Below, in pieces: positions 15,867 to 27,700 of a DNA stretch of 64,000 nucleotides. Source of the stretch: a bacterium (GTDB taxonomy: Bacteria; Patescibacteriota; Patescibacteriia; Patescibacteriales; UBA12465); assembly GCA_030696105.1 (NCBI GenBank), contig JAUYNJ010000001.1, positions 2,747-66,746 on the forward strand. Reading direction: 5' to 3'. A program made the translations under genes and the position numbers. The notes below the pieces were generated by a model. The model was not told the origin of the DNA. It searched no databases and saw only the letters and a program-made list of their open reading frames with translations. Positions within the stretch are counted from its first letter, which is position 1, and every line of letters starts with the position of its first letter.

Positions 15867-18560
15867 TTATGAAGTCTTTTTATCCTCTGAAACAGAGGCG
15901 TTTAAATCCTTGGATAAATTATGAGCAACAACTTCAAGAGAAACAGGAGAAGGTTCCTTATCCCCACCAAGCATTTCCGCCGCCTTTCCCGCTTTCCCGC
16001 TTTTTAGAATCGATTTCCGTAGTAGGGTAAACCAATAAGCAAAATTTTGCGATGATGGCCCGGAATTACCAGCGTTACCAACACTCGATCGTTTGGGCAC
16101 AGCGAACTTATTCCCTAAATCATCCATTTTCTTAGTTAAGGCTTCAACTGAAACATCAAACCGAGATGAATCCAGCTCTACAAAGGAGCTGTCTCCTTTA
16201 ATTTCATCCGGTCTAACCTCTTTTTTGGGTTTATCTGCAAGAATATCATCAACAGCTTTCTTGTCCTTACGAGTATCATACTGCTTAGTTTGCATTATTT
16301 GTTCCGTTGCATAGTTTACATCATCTTCATCATGATAGCCCAAAGCATGAACCTGTTCGTGAACCACCGTATCTTTAACATCACTCAGCTTATAGTCAGC
16401 CGCGCTGGAATTAATAAGCTGCATGTTCTGCAATTCCTCTGGCTTTTCAAAACGACTCTTCGCAGTTTGCAGATTTTCTAAACGTTTCTGGTCGCCACCA
16501 CTCAAATTCGGCTGTGCCTTTAATTTAGATATTTCTTGACCCAAAATATTAACCATCTGACCGGCAATTTTTTGCATCATCGCGGGATTATTGGTATTCA
16601 AGCCCTGAGTGCCACTCCAATCAGCGGAGCCCTCAGCCTTTTCGATCTCCTTGATATTGAGTTTTTCAAAATCAACTGCCACCATATCAGATTTACCGCG
16701 AGCAAAATCATTGACCGCTAAATTGCCATTTCCTCTTGGTGCGTCTTTTTTATTAGCTTCAACTGGGGTGGTAGTATTATCCTCAATTTTTTTCTTTCGA
16801 GATTTTTTGTAATCATTCTTGTATTTACCTGTACTTTCCAGACGAGCAATTTCATCTGCTGGAAGTGGTAAACGAGATCGCCTCATATAGCTTCCAAATT
16901 CATCTTCGCCTGTAAGTGGTTCCCCTGCACGGTCAGTCCCAGGTATCGGCGAATTACCACTTAGGCTTCGTCCCCTATTATAAGCACCGCGCTCATCGGA
17001 GTTTTTTTCAATAAAAGTTTTTGCGCGACCATCTAGCACAGCGCCAGATTGACCAATCCGATGCCACTCTGGGTCTGATAATTTTTGCAAGGCTTCGCGC
17101 GACATGCCGGCTAGTTGTTCTTGAACCGCTTTCGGTGTACTTAGTGCACTGGGCATCATGTCCTGAGCCTTTGATTTAGCGGCCATTTTATCCGCACTAA
17201 AGCCACCGCTGCCTTTCGCATAGCGGGCGATTACGCGGGTATCTTTGATATCACCGATTTTCTTTTCAGCCTTATCAGAAACTACTTTCTGCGCTCGATT
17301 TAGCCCAACCAGCGAACTGGTTGCCAGCCCACGCACCCCTGTTATAGCGGCAATTTTACCAGCGACACCCGAAGATGCTGCGATAGTGCCTAAGCCTTGT
17401 TTCAAATTTGTTTTTTTTGCGATAGCTAAGCCTAGTGATCTAGAACGTCCTAAAGCAAAGCCCCCAACAGCGCCCGCCCCCATCGCGCCCAACTTGCTCA
17501 AATTACCCATGCCTTTACCGGCAATTGAACCAGCCGCACCGCCAATTTCTTGCGCAATTTTTAAACCACCAATTAACATACCGATGCCAATCACAAATTT
17601 AACCAAGGCGCCTGGCGTTGAGGCCTTCGTTTCAGCAACAGCCGCATTAGACTCACCTTTTTGACCACCAACAGCGCTGGTTTCAGCGCTTATATCGGAA
17701 TTATTAGCATCAGTAACAATATTTAGGTCGGTTCCAGTTTGCAGAGCCGCAAACGCTAACCAGATAAAGAAAGCGAGGACTGGGCCGACAATCAAGTTTT
17801 GGGTAAAATCTTTCCACCACTTAGAGGCATACTGAGCGCCGCCCGGGAAGGCCGAGAGCAGATAAGCGAGCGGTGAAAGTACCACATAAATCCAAATCAT
17901 CACAATGCGCATGGCAAGAATCATCATCATGGTCGTAAGCACCACGAGCGCGATAACCATGTAGATAAGGCCGAGTACATAGGCGCCAATAATGGTCCAA
18001 AAACCACTTCCTTCGGCGTTCTTTTCCATGGTGACTATATCGGTAATACCAAGCATGTCGATAAAATTACCGCCAGCCACATCTTTAAAAGCGTTAACAA
18101 AGGTAAGCATCACAATCTGGGCGACGTCAATCATTAAGCCGCAAATGGTTTTAGAAAAATTAATTAAAATGGCCATCAAAATTAATTTTGGTAGCCACTT
18201 TTTATAGCTATAGTTCTCAATGTGTAAAATCGTGGAGAAGGCAATGACGAGTAAAATAACGACAAAGAACATGTTCGCGATGTCGCGGACAATTACCCAG
18301 CCCTCAAGCACTGCCTGGGCACCAATAAAAGTTTGATAGCTAGCAATGAGGATGAGGCCCTTAATAACCAGGATGAGTATTAACCCTAAAGCACTAATGA
18401 AAACACCAATAATACTGCCAATAACATGCCCTGCCGTGTCACCAAAACCTGCTAGCACTGGTTGTGCAAAGATGAAACTGACGCCTACAATAAATAGTAG
18501 CCAAAGGGAATGTCGGTTGCGTTTAAAAAAATTGAGAGTTTTAATACTCATATCATTCAA
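15867..18560 (-). CDS. VirB6/TrbL-like polytopic membrane protein with a long C-terminal extension (897 aa)
   Basis: The first ~330 aa contain many TM helices. A Gly/Ala-rich segment follows, then a hydrophilic ~450 aa tail containing HEQVHALGYHD. The VirB6 call rests on topology and context. Confidence 0.55.
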   Translation of the reverse strand: MNDMSIKTLNFFKRNRHSLWLLFIVGVSFIFAQPVLAGFGDTAGHVIGSIIGVFISALGLILILVIKGLILIASYQTFIGAQAVLEGWVIVRDIANMFFVVILLVIAFSTILHIENYSYKKWLPKLILMAILINFSKTICGLMIDVAQIVMLTFVNAFKDVAGGNFIDMLGITDIVTMEKNAEGSGFWTIIGAYVLGLIYMVIALVVLTTMMMILAMRIVMIWIYVVLSPLAYLLSAFPGGAQYASKWWKDFTQNLIVGPVLAFFIWLAFAALQTGTDLNIVTDANNSDISAETSAVGGQKGESNAAVAETKASTPGALVKFVIGIGMLIGGLKIAQEIGGAAGSIAGKGMGNLSKLGAMGAGAVGGFALGRSRSLGLAIAKKTNLKQGLGTIAASSGVAGKIAAITGVRGLATSSLVGLNRAQKVVSDKAEKKIGDIKDTRVIARYAKGSGGFSADKMAAKSKAQDMMPSALSTPKAVQEQLAGMSREALQKLSDPEWHRIGQSGAVLDGRAKTFIEKNSDERGAYNRGRSLSGNSPIPGTDRAGEPLTGEDEFGSYMRRSRLPLPADEIARLESTGKYKNDYKKSRKKKIEDNTTTPVEANKKDAPRGNGNLAVNDFARGKSDMVAVDFEKLNIKEIEKAEGSADWSGTQGLNTNNPAMMQKIAGQMVNILGQEISKLKAQPNLSGGDQKRLENLQTAKSRFEKPEELQNMQLINSSAADYKLSDVKDTVVHEQVHALGYHDEDDVNYATEQIMQTKQYDTRKDKKAVDDILADKPKKEVRPDEIKGDSSFVELDSSRFDVSVEALTKKMDDLGNKFAVPKRSSVGNAGNSGPSSQNFAYWFTLLRKSILKSGKAGKAAEMLGGDKEPSPVSLEVVAHNLSKDLNASVSEDKKTS

Positions 18561-18580
18561 AAATTTATTTTACTGTCTCG

Positions 18581-19180
18581 TCAGCTCGAAAAAATTGATT
18601 CTAAAAATTGAAGACCGCTCCTTAAAGGGTTTGCAGCTACTTCAACAACCAGCGAGGGAATAATAAATGACGTTAATACGGCTACAAATAATATCAAACT
18701 GATAAGAAGTACTCCCATTGTTTCCACTGTCTTCACTTTTGCCCCGTATTTATCGCGCATCGCCTTTGTAATGCCGGGCCGATCAAACCATTCCGAACCT
18801 AAGGGGGCAAACTTGTCATCACCAAAAACATTTTTTAAAAATAAATGGGCATAGACATAAAAGAAGGATGCTCCAAAAGTAAAGGGGATATTACGATATG
18901 CGCTTATCAGAAATTTACTCGGCCCACTGCTCATGCTCTTTTTAAAAGACTGCCATCGCCCTCCCTGCTTTTCTTTTTCGGCCTGTTCTTTTCTATTTTT
19001 TACCTTGGCCCCGTACCTGGCGGCGAAATAATTCTCAGGCGGATAATTATCACCACCTTCCGCTCTTTTCTGCTCTCTCAAACTACCAGAGCGTTCCGCA
19101 CTTTCGTCGGCTTGATCATCCGGCTGCTCGTTTTGAGGTGTTGTTGCAGACGCTCGCATTAGCTGGTCATTGATAGACAT
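18581..19180 (-). CDS. Hypothetical membrane protein (199 aa), first gene of the upstream T4SS-like operon
   Basis: It has a charged, probably disordered N-terminus and C-terminal hydrophobic helices. It lies 20 nt upstream of the VirB6-like gene. Confidence 0.55.
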   Translation of the reverse strand: MSINDQLMRASATTPQNEQPDDQADESAERSGSLREQKRAEGGDNYPPENYFAARYGAKVKNRKEQAEKEKQGGRWQSFKKSMSSGPSKFLISAYRNIPFTFGASFFYVYAHLFLKNVFGDDKFAPLGSEWFDRPGITKAMRDKYGAKVKTVETMGVLLISLILFVAVLTSFIIPSLVVEVAANPLRSGLQFLESIFSS

Positions 19181-19341
19181 AAGTGAGATCAGAAATAAAA
19201 TCCTTACTACAATTCATTCTCTTATATTTTACTATAAATAAGCGGAAAAGAAAAGAAATTTGCCGGGCCTCCCTTAATATCAATATGCTTTACTTTTAGG
19301 CCTTAATAAGGTAATTTTATTATATAAACTTGAATATTTCT

Positions 19342-21003
19342 ATGAATACTGATAAGCACAATTTAATTAAGCGCCTCTTCCCTACGACTTTGCTCACTCC
19401 TGATGAATTAGAGCAAAAGTATCCAGAAAGAACTTTGCCTTTAAACGCGATGGTAACGAGAGTTGCCCCGAGCCCGACTGGTTTTGTCCATTTTGGTAGC
19501 ATTTACGCCTCCCTGATTTCCGAACGCCTCGCTCACCAAAGCGATGGCCTTTTTATCCTGCGCATTGAAGATACTGATAAGAAAAGAGAGGTCGCAGGCA
19601 CAGCCGATTTATTTGCCGAAACTTTAAAACGTTATGGTATCATCGCCGACGAAGGACTAATTGAGCCTGGCAAAGAAGTCGGTAACTACGGCCCCTATAA
19701 ACAGAGCGAAAGAGCCTCAATCTATCATTCCTACATTAAACATTTACTCGAAAAAGGCGATGCTTACCCCTGTTTTGCAACCCCGGAGGATTTGGAGGCC
19801 TTACGCGCCCGACAAGAAGCAATGGGCGAACGCAGCGGCTACTATGGTCACTTTGCGCTCTGGCGTGAGAAAAGTATTGAGGAGGCTATGGCGGCGCTTG
19901 ATGCTGGCTTACAGCCAGTCATCCGCTTAAAGTCACCCGGCAACTTCCAAACTAAGATCATGGTTGATGATATTTTGATTGGAAAACGGGAAATGCCTGA
20001 AAATGACCAAGATATTGTGATTATGAAGACTGATGGTCTGCCAACCTATCATTTCGCACATGCCGTCGACGATCATTTAATGCGCACGACGCACGTTATT
20101 CGTGGTAATGAGTGGTTTCCTTCTCTGCCTTTACATTTACAACTTTTCGCCGTTCTCGGCTGGACGGCTCCTGCCTACGCGCACCTTGCGCCGATTCAAA
20201 AAATGGAAGACGGCAAGAAGAGAAAGTTAAGTAAACGCAAAGACCCAGAAGCAAATATCGAATATTATCGTCAGGCTGGATATTTAGAGGAAGCAATCAT
20301 TGAATACTTATTAAACCTTGCTAACTCCAACTTTGAAGACTGGCGTCGCGCTAACCCAGCCGCAGATTACCGTGATTTTCCACTATCACTTAAAAAGCTC
20401 GCAAATTCCAACGGGCCGCTATTTGATCTCGCCAAACTAAACGACATCAGCAAAGACATTATTTCCCGCCTGGACGCGAAAACAGTTACTGAACGTGCAT
20501 TAGCTTGGGCGAAAGAGCACGACGTCAAGTTATTTGAGCTAATGAATAAAGACCGCGCCTACACCGAAGCGATTTTTAACATTGAGCGTTCGGGTGTGCC
20601 AAAACCTCGCAAAGATATTGGTCGCTTCGAAGAAGTACGCAACGAAATAAGTTATTTTTTTGAGGAGACTTTTGTGTTATCAGATGAAGATTTGAAGACG
20701 GCCATTGCCGATTTAAATGGAGCTGAGCCAAAAGCTTTGGTCTCTGATTTCATGGCTGTTTATGATGAAAAAGATTCACCAGAAGTTTGGTTTGAAAAGT
20801 TTAAAGAAGTTGCGGCACGTCATGGCTTTGCGAAAAGCCCGAGTGATTATAAGACCAACCCGGATAAATTCCGTGGACAAGCTGGCACCGCCGCTAAATT
20901 CCTCCGCGTCCTGCTCACCGGACGCACCCAAACCCCAAACCTCTGTTATGTGATGCAAGTGATGGGCAAAGAAAGGGTGATGAAGAGGATAGAGAGAATA
21001 TAA
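19342..21003 (+). CDS. gltX: Glutamate--tRNA ligase
   Basis: Class I motifs are present: the HIGH-like PSPTGFVHFG and the KMSKS-like KLSKRK. The ATG at 19342 is preferred over the TTG at 19330. Confidence 0.9.
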   Translation: MNTDKHNLIKRLFPTTLLTPDELEQKYPERTLPLNAMVTRVAPSPTGFVHFGSIYASLISERLAHQSDGLFILRIEDTDKKREVAGTADLFAETLKRYGIIADEGLIEPGKEVGNYGPYKQSERASIYHSYIKHLLEKGDAYPCFATPEDLEALRARQEAMGERSGYYGHFALWREKSIEEAMAALDAGLQPVIRLKSPGNFQTKIMVDDILIGKREMPENDQDIVIMKTDGLPTYHFAHAVDDHLMRTTHVIRGNEWFPSLPLHLQLFAVLGWTAPAYAHLAPIQKMEDGKKRKLSKRKDPEANIEYYRQAGYLEEAIIEYLLNLANSNFEDWRRANPAADYRDFPLSLKKLANSNGPLFDLAKLNDISKDIISRLDAKTVTERALAWAKEHDVKLFELMNKDRAYTEAIFNIERSGVPKPRKDIGRFEEVRNEISYFFEETFVLSDEDLKTAIADLNGAEPKALVSDFMAVYDEKDSPEVWFEKFKEVAARHGFAKSPSDYKTNPDKFRGQAGTAAKFLRVLLTGRTQTPNLCYVMQVMGKERVMKRIERI

Positions 21004-21016
21004 TAGATTATACCAA

Positions 21017-21047
21017 AAGAGCTATCTGATGAAGATAGCTCTTTTTT
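21017..21047 (+). terminator. Rho-independent terminator after gltX
   Basis: The stem aagagctatc/gatagctctt is followed by a T6 run. Confidence 0.7.
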
Positions 21048-21072
21048 ATAAAGCGAAGGATATGAAAAAGTA

Positions 21073-21124
21073 AAAAGCCTGTTATTTCTCTTATTTTTTA
21101 TAAGAGTGATTATAACAGGCTTTT
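21073..21124 (-). terminator. Long hairpin terminator downstream of the lipoprotein gene (could act bidirectionally)
   Basis: The stem is aaaagcctgttat/ataacaggctttt, with an inner ctcttat/ataagag pairing. T-runs are present on both strands. Confidence 0.6.
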
Positions 21125-21173
21125 AGATTTGAGGTTCCATACAAGGAGGTTTTTTGCGTAAAAATTAGGAGAA

Positions 21174-21635
21174 TTAAGGTTTTCCGATGACCATGTATTG
21201 ATGATCGGGAGGAAATTCAACGTAAATGTTGTTTTTTTCCTTTAGCTGTGAGATTTTCACATAAATTTCCACATCCCATGAATGGCTATGATCCATACCA
21301 GAATAGCCTTCCAGCGTTTTTCTTGCCCTCACATAAAGGTACATAGTTTGGCCGAGATACATACTATAAGATTGGCCCTCAAAGACTGATTTTGTAGTTG
21401 GATACGAATACACCAGATCGGCTACAAGAGATAAGTCGTTTTGCCTTAATAGGGACACTCTGTTTACATACAATCCTCCCTCATGATCAAAATCATCATG
21501 AATCGGTCCAAAGTTTACTGTGATTTCAACCTGCTTTTCGACAGGGGGGATGATTGGCTTAGGATCATCTTCATCTTTTTGGCAGGACATAAGTCCTAGG
21601 CCTAAAAGGCATACGAGCATTAACAGCGTTTTCAT
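21174..21635 (-). CDS. Lipoprotein (153 aa), function unknown
   Basis: The signal peptide carries the lipobox LGLMSC. A GGAGG SD lies 7 nt upstream of the ATG, and a perfect promoter lies at 21692-21720. Confidence 0.7.
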   Translation of the reverse strand: MKTLLMLVCLLGLGLMSCQKDEDDPKPIIPPVEKQVEITVNFGPIHDDFDHEGGLYVNRVSLLRQNDLSLVADLVYSYPTTKSVFEGQSYSMYLGQTMYLYVRARKTLEGYSGMDHSHSWDVEIYVKISQLKEKNNIYVEFPPDHQYMVIGKP

Positions 21636-21691
21636 TTTCTTTCCTCCTTATTTTTATTGTTAAAAAAACAGAATTTACTTTCAATAATTGT

Positions 21692-21720
21692 ATTATATAA
21701 CATTTTTACACAAATGTCAA
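21692..21720 (-). promoter_or_regulatory. Perfect consensus sigma70 promoter (TTGACA-N17-TATAAT)
   Basis: On the minus strand the -35 TTGACA lies at 21720-21715, the spacer is 17 nt and the -10 TATAAT lies at 21697-21692. Confidence 0.8.
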
Positions 21721-21724
21721 GGGT

Positions 21725-24700
21725 TTACTTTACCTCACTGCTTCCACCCGTGCTAGACGAAGTGCCGGTTGGGCAATTGCCGCCACTGCCACAAGAACTA
21801 CTATTTTGTGTGCAGCAATATGAGCCCCAGTTATCAGAAGCCTTTATTCTAATATCCATCAATTGATTCGAGCCTTTGTAGAAGTGATAAACGCGGTGCG
21901 GCTCACTGGCATTAGGGCGATTATTCTGATTAACAATGCTTTGCACCGAACCGTCTCCCCAGTCGATAATAAGCTCCTTCATCGGTTGCTGTTCGGGGTC
22001 AATTTTAGTATTGAAGGTCAACGTGTAAATACCAGGGTTAGGAATGCTCTGGCCACCAGATGGTATGGTGTTACCATTCAACCTGATGTTTTCAATCTTT
22101 GGCCAATTCGCGCACCAATATGCACTGTAGTTACTATCATTGCCAGTTAAGTGACTTGCATCTGAACAGGATGTATTTGTATTAACAGTCGTAATATTAT
22201 TCAAGTAATCAAGCCTATAATGTGACGGATTGGCAGTGAGGATAGAGTAGCTTCTTGTGCTCGTGCTATAGCTGTATTGAGCATAGTTTTTTAAGAACAC
22301 ATTCTTTAGAATATTCCCGGCATCATAATTAATATTGTTTACAATCTGCGACGCATTCCACAGTGGCATACAAGTTCCATTCGTGCCACAGGACTGTCTT
22401 GAGACCAGACTCTTATTCGCACTACTCGTTGGGTCGAGCACGCAGATGATATTTGGATCTAAACTGCAGAAGCCGAGATTGGAACAGCCGACACCACTAC
22501 AGCCATAAGGACGTCCACCGAAAACAGTTTGATCAATTTTTTTAGAATATTGATTGCGGAATTTAATCGGCTCACTCGCGGTAATGTTAAAGTTATCCGG
22601 GAAGGTGGCTGCGCCAAAAGGAATAAGGTCACGATTGCGACCAAACAGGGAGAAGCTGTAACTATTTGTTGCTGGAATAGCGCCAGGAGTTCCGCAGATA
22701 GATTCACCAGTGGTTACCTCATACTTCATACAATCGCCAACGTTCTGACAAGAAGGATGATAGCAAGTATCACCTAGAACTTCATCACACTCACAGCCAT
22801 TGCCGCAAGAACACCACTCTGCGCAATTACCTCCAATAGTCTCCTTATAACAAGATTCGCCGTAATAGGTTGTCGCATCACGGAAGAAGAGTGGCGTGGT
22901 CAGGGGATATGCGCTATTCTTACTTGTTCGTGCAGCCCAGGCCTTATTATTCCCCATCGAATCAACGACTTGCACAAACTTGCTACAGGTTGGGTAGAAT
23001 ACTTCATCTGGATTTGAGGAAGATAAAAGCTTCAGCTGTGATTCATCGGCCGGTGGATTATTGAAGTCGTATACGCGAACTGCTGGATCTGCAGTCTTTA
23101 ATTGATCAAGGTTGCCACCTTTATTCTTTGAAATTCCATTATAAGGGTACCAGCCGCTATATCCAGAGACGTCAAAAGTGAAGCCATAATTACTACTCGC
23201 AAAAATATCAACCGGGCCAGATGCAATTAGCCTGCCCACTTTATTAGGAATACAAAAGACATCAAATTTATCCCAACCGACAGCAAATAAAACAAAATAA
23301 TCAAAATTATTTTTTTTATCAGGCTCGCAGTATCGACGAATTGATAGCCGGTCAACATAATCGCCGACATGCTTTTCGCCAAAAGCTACATAGTTTTGCG
23401 CACAATAATTATCTTTCTTAGCTTCATTTTCATAATAACAAAGGAAATAATCACTATTATCATCGAAGTCTTTAGAGTACACTCTTTGAGCCGCCCGCTT
23501 CTCCACTAGCGTAAAGTTACCATCCGCCTCAACACAATAGTTTAAGGGGAAGGCTCCTTGATAACCGAGATTAGAGCGAGCAGATTTAGCGCCCGCACTG
23601 ATTTCGTCAATCGGATACCACATCAGACAAACATTCTTATTCGCTGGATCGTGCTGCAAACAATAGCCATAGAGGCCATCGCGGATAACCTGACTATTCT
23701 TACTAATACAGAAAGCAGCGTCTTGGGTTGGATATAGACGACACTCTTTAGCAATATACTGACTCGCTGAACTTGAACTACCGGGACTAACTTTTAGTAC
23801 AGGCTCAATATTTATATCATCAAAATACACATATCGTTCCTCGAGTGTATTTGAATTGACGCCGACATAAATAATGATAGAGTCGACAGTTGTTAGAGAA
23901 GTTTTGGGTATTTTCACTACTTTTCTTTCCCAACCATTAGGAGCGCTAATTGCCTGAGAAATTACATCAGTCTTAGTAGCGGCATTTACGATACGTACAA
24001 AGGCTGATAAACCCGAGTCCTTAGTGTTCACGAGGAAGTTGAGATAATAATCTTGCTTTCTAACAATATTTATCGGTGAGTTTTCCGAGTGTGGCGAAAT
24101 TAACTGACCCGACATTACCTTTAAGTAAGCTTTGCCCTCTGCTGGATAATCGGTCGGCGCATTATTCGGTGAATTAACAATACTGTCAGCCACGATGCCA
24201 TTATCAAATTTACACTCACCATCAGTGACCGTTTTACAAGTTAGATTTGGACTGCCCTCCTCAAAATTAAAGTGGGCATCGGTATTTAAGCCAACCTCAA
24301 CCATACTACTTAAATCAAGTTGATTTAAGAGCGAGTAACCAGTCGCCTTTGCGACGTCACTCGTTTCCTGATTAAGCTCAGCGTTAAGTCCCTTAACGAA
24401 GTTTGTACATTCATTATTATCACCTAGACGATTACACTCGCCGATGGAGAAGCAGGTGCGTTCATTAGTTTCGGGGTCAACAATGTAGGTCTGACAATCA
24501 AGCCAAGTCGCACATACGCGATCAGGGCGAACTTTAATTAATTTGTTAGCCGAGCAATTACCGGTCGTGCAAGCAGCCGGTGATTGACCGTTGAAACTTG
24601 CAGCCGCGTTCCACCAACCACTAAGAGGCAAATAGCCACTGGCGCCATTCACCGAGCGTTCGTTAAATAAGATACAGCCGTTATCTGCATTCACAATACC

Positions 24701-27700
24701 ATTACAGCTAGACTGATCGACTTGTTGTTTTAGTTGATAGCTGGTAATTGCCTCGCGCACAACAACTTCATAACTACCAGTGCTGCGACTGATAGTAGCG
24801 GCGTTGTTGCCCCGAGAGTAGAAGGTGAGGCGAGTAGTCGGTGAGGCGGCGGGAATAATCAAGGTGTTAACAGCTGTAGTTGTTAATTCATTATTGCCCT
24901 GCAAGAGCGCTACGCCCGCATCAAAAGTCAAGCGAACATCGCCCGTGCTCAGACTTGTCTCACTTGTGGTCAGTGAGAAGATATGTAAAGTGTTGGGGTC
25001 GATGGTAAAGCGCTGCTCACGTTTGCCGGTAGCATTATTTGTCTGCCAACCGTTATAAGGAGTCAGGCTCGGATTAAAAATTAAATTCGGCGAATGAGTA
25101 CTTACCGGATCAATGTATTCAGTGCAGCCTGAAGATTTCGCTTCACACAAACCAGCGGCTTCGCTTGGCACTGGAACCTGCTGTCCGCCGCCACCGTAAC
25201 CGATAGTTTCTAGGTAGGAAACGCTACAGTCGTAATCGTTATTATCAACTAAGCACGGTCTGTTGCCGGCACAATCGGCAGCGGAAGAACAAACCGACCC
25301 GCTTCTTTCTAAAGCCGTACCAATGCTGCCGTTATTATTAATGTCGCAGCGCATCACTGGTACTTTATACCAGTTCTTACCTGGACGAGAAGGATCCGTG
25401 CTAGCGCGATAGACACAAGCGTTATTGCCGGGATTCTTAAAGTAACTCATTCCGCCTTCGTCTGTGCGCCAGGCTTCACAGCCGGCATCACCCTCCTCAC
25501 AAAGAATTTGATTATAAGTATCAGGGTCATTACGTTTAAAGACGTCGCTCCAGACAGTATTTGTGCCCGATGAAGAGGACTCACCTAAGCGTGAACAGCC
25601 GGCATCGGCGCCATTACAACGTTTACTTTCATCAAAGATAGCGTAAATAAATTTATCTTTTGGCACACTAATACATTCGGTTTCATTGGAGTCACAAACA
25701 CCGTTCTCATTTGTGTCTTTCCAGACCTCGGCATTGAAGTTATCGGAATTAGCCGTATCAACCATTAGTTCACAACCAACGGCTGAGTCCTGACAAAGAC
25801 GATTAAACTGTCGTAAATAATGAGTTTTTCTAGCTCGATCAAGATACTGACTACAGCCAAGATTATAGTCCTCGCCCTGATAGTTATTCAGCATATCGTA
25901 ATAACAGATATCAGGAATCTTGCTGCTACCCTTAATGAGATAGTAGCGGCTATTAATAGCCGTAAGAACGATATTATCAATGTAGAAATCAGCATTAGAC
26001 ACAATTACCAATGACTCATTGGCCGTGACAGCATGATTTAACTCCGCCAAATTTACTTCATAGGTGCGCCATTCATTATTACCGCTCACCGTGATAGCCC
26101 CAGTAGTATTATTTTCACTGGCGTTGAAGTAAACGATTTCATCGTTTGCATTTAAGAAAGCAAAGCTGACATTGGTCGCAGTAGCAGCGCTCGCGGTGAA
26201 TTTAAGAGAATACGCACTTCCCTGCGTGAGCTTGGAGCCCAGTACTTTTTGAATATAGGAAGCCGGGGCAGCGTTAGCACTGTTACCAAGGATTTTATCT
26301 AAGAACGAGACCTGTCCTGTTGGCTCACAACTTGTCTGATGTTGAACGCCACCGGAATTAGCGCCGCGATCATAGAATAATGACTTACCATTGTTAGTGC
26401 TTGCAGATTGAGAAAGTAAAGCGGCGTCACCGCAACGTCCTTCCCAGCCATCGAGACCATTTTCGAAATTAAAAGCAGATACTAACTTAGTATTGTTTCC
26501 CAAGCTGCCATTATACTCACGGCAACCGTTTTGCGCGGCTGTACATTTCTTACCTTCGTTTGGTATCGCTGAATAAATACAAGATTGATACTCAGTGCTC
26601 CAAGTGCCGCCATTCTGACAAGAATAACAAACTGAACCAGCAGCATTCCAAGAACGACTTGGGCCAGTACACTGCGCCTGAGTTAAGGTCGTGTCGATGT
26701 TTTTTTCAGTCTGACGATAGGTGTGACAATCCTCTGAGCAGGTTATCGTCGAAGCGGATAAATGATATGAAATCGCACCAGCCTTATTGTAATACTGGCG
26801 ACAATCGGCATTGAAGCCGGGATCGGTAACAGGTAGGTTGAAAATTGCCTCATTACATGAAGCGGAGTCATCGACGGTAACGGCCGGATTGTTGCTAGCG
26901 TCCTTTTTCAATACTAAAGCTTTGAGTTGATAACCATTCTCGTCATTACCAACCCAAGTGTAAAAGTCGGCGCAATCGGCTCCCGGCTTAATACACTGTT
27001 TTAATTGAGTGTAATATTCTCTCGTTTCTCCACCGCTCGCAGCTGCGTCGAGATTAGTGAACTCAGTGCAACCAGCGGCTGCAGCACCACACTTCTGACT
27101 ATTAGCCGGAATAATTTTATCAGCGTAGGGCGAGAAAAAATAACTGCTACGGGCTACATAAACATTGTAACCATTACAGCTCGCATCACAATAATCAGCC
27201 GACACCGCTTGGGCGGCAACTGAGAAACCAGACGCAGTTTGTGTGTACCGTTCACACCCAGCCTCATCACGGTTACACAAACGTGCGAAATCAGCGCAAG
27301 CGACCGGTGCATCGGCGCGTAGGCGATAGTCGGGACTTGTTGGATTAGTACTAACATAACAAACAGGAGCGAGATAAGGCGGAATTAGTTTTTCATAAGC
27401 ACGATATGAACCATACAATGAAAAGCCTGAGTCCCATGGATTCATTTCTAATTTAATATTTCTCACCGCAAAGCGGGCCTGATTCGTGTTACCGTAATTG
27501 GTGATTCCTAAAGTCATTTCGGAGAGCGGCTTGTCTTTCAAGCTGCGAGTTACTGATAAGTGTCTCCAAACTCCCTTGTCTTTTGTTTCAGCGGCGACTA
27601 GGTAATCACCTCCCAGCACAAGGTGTACTTTTTCACCTTCAATTAAATAAACATCCGCACTGAAAGTATAAGTTTCACCCGATAATAAGTTAAGGCCGGT

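Noticed and set aside
19181-19341. T-box or other leader upstream of gltX
   Set aside because: The region is only ~150 nt and is shared with a divergent promoter. No T-box sequence (AGGGTGGTACCGCG-like) or specifier hairpin is visible.
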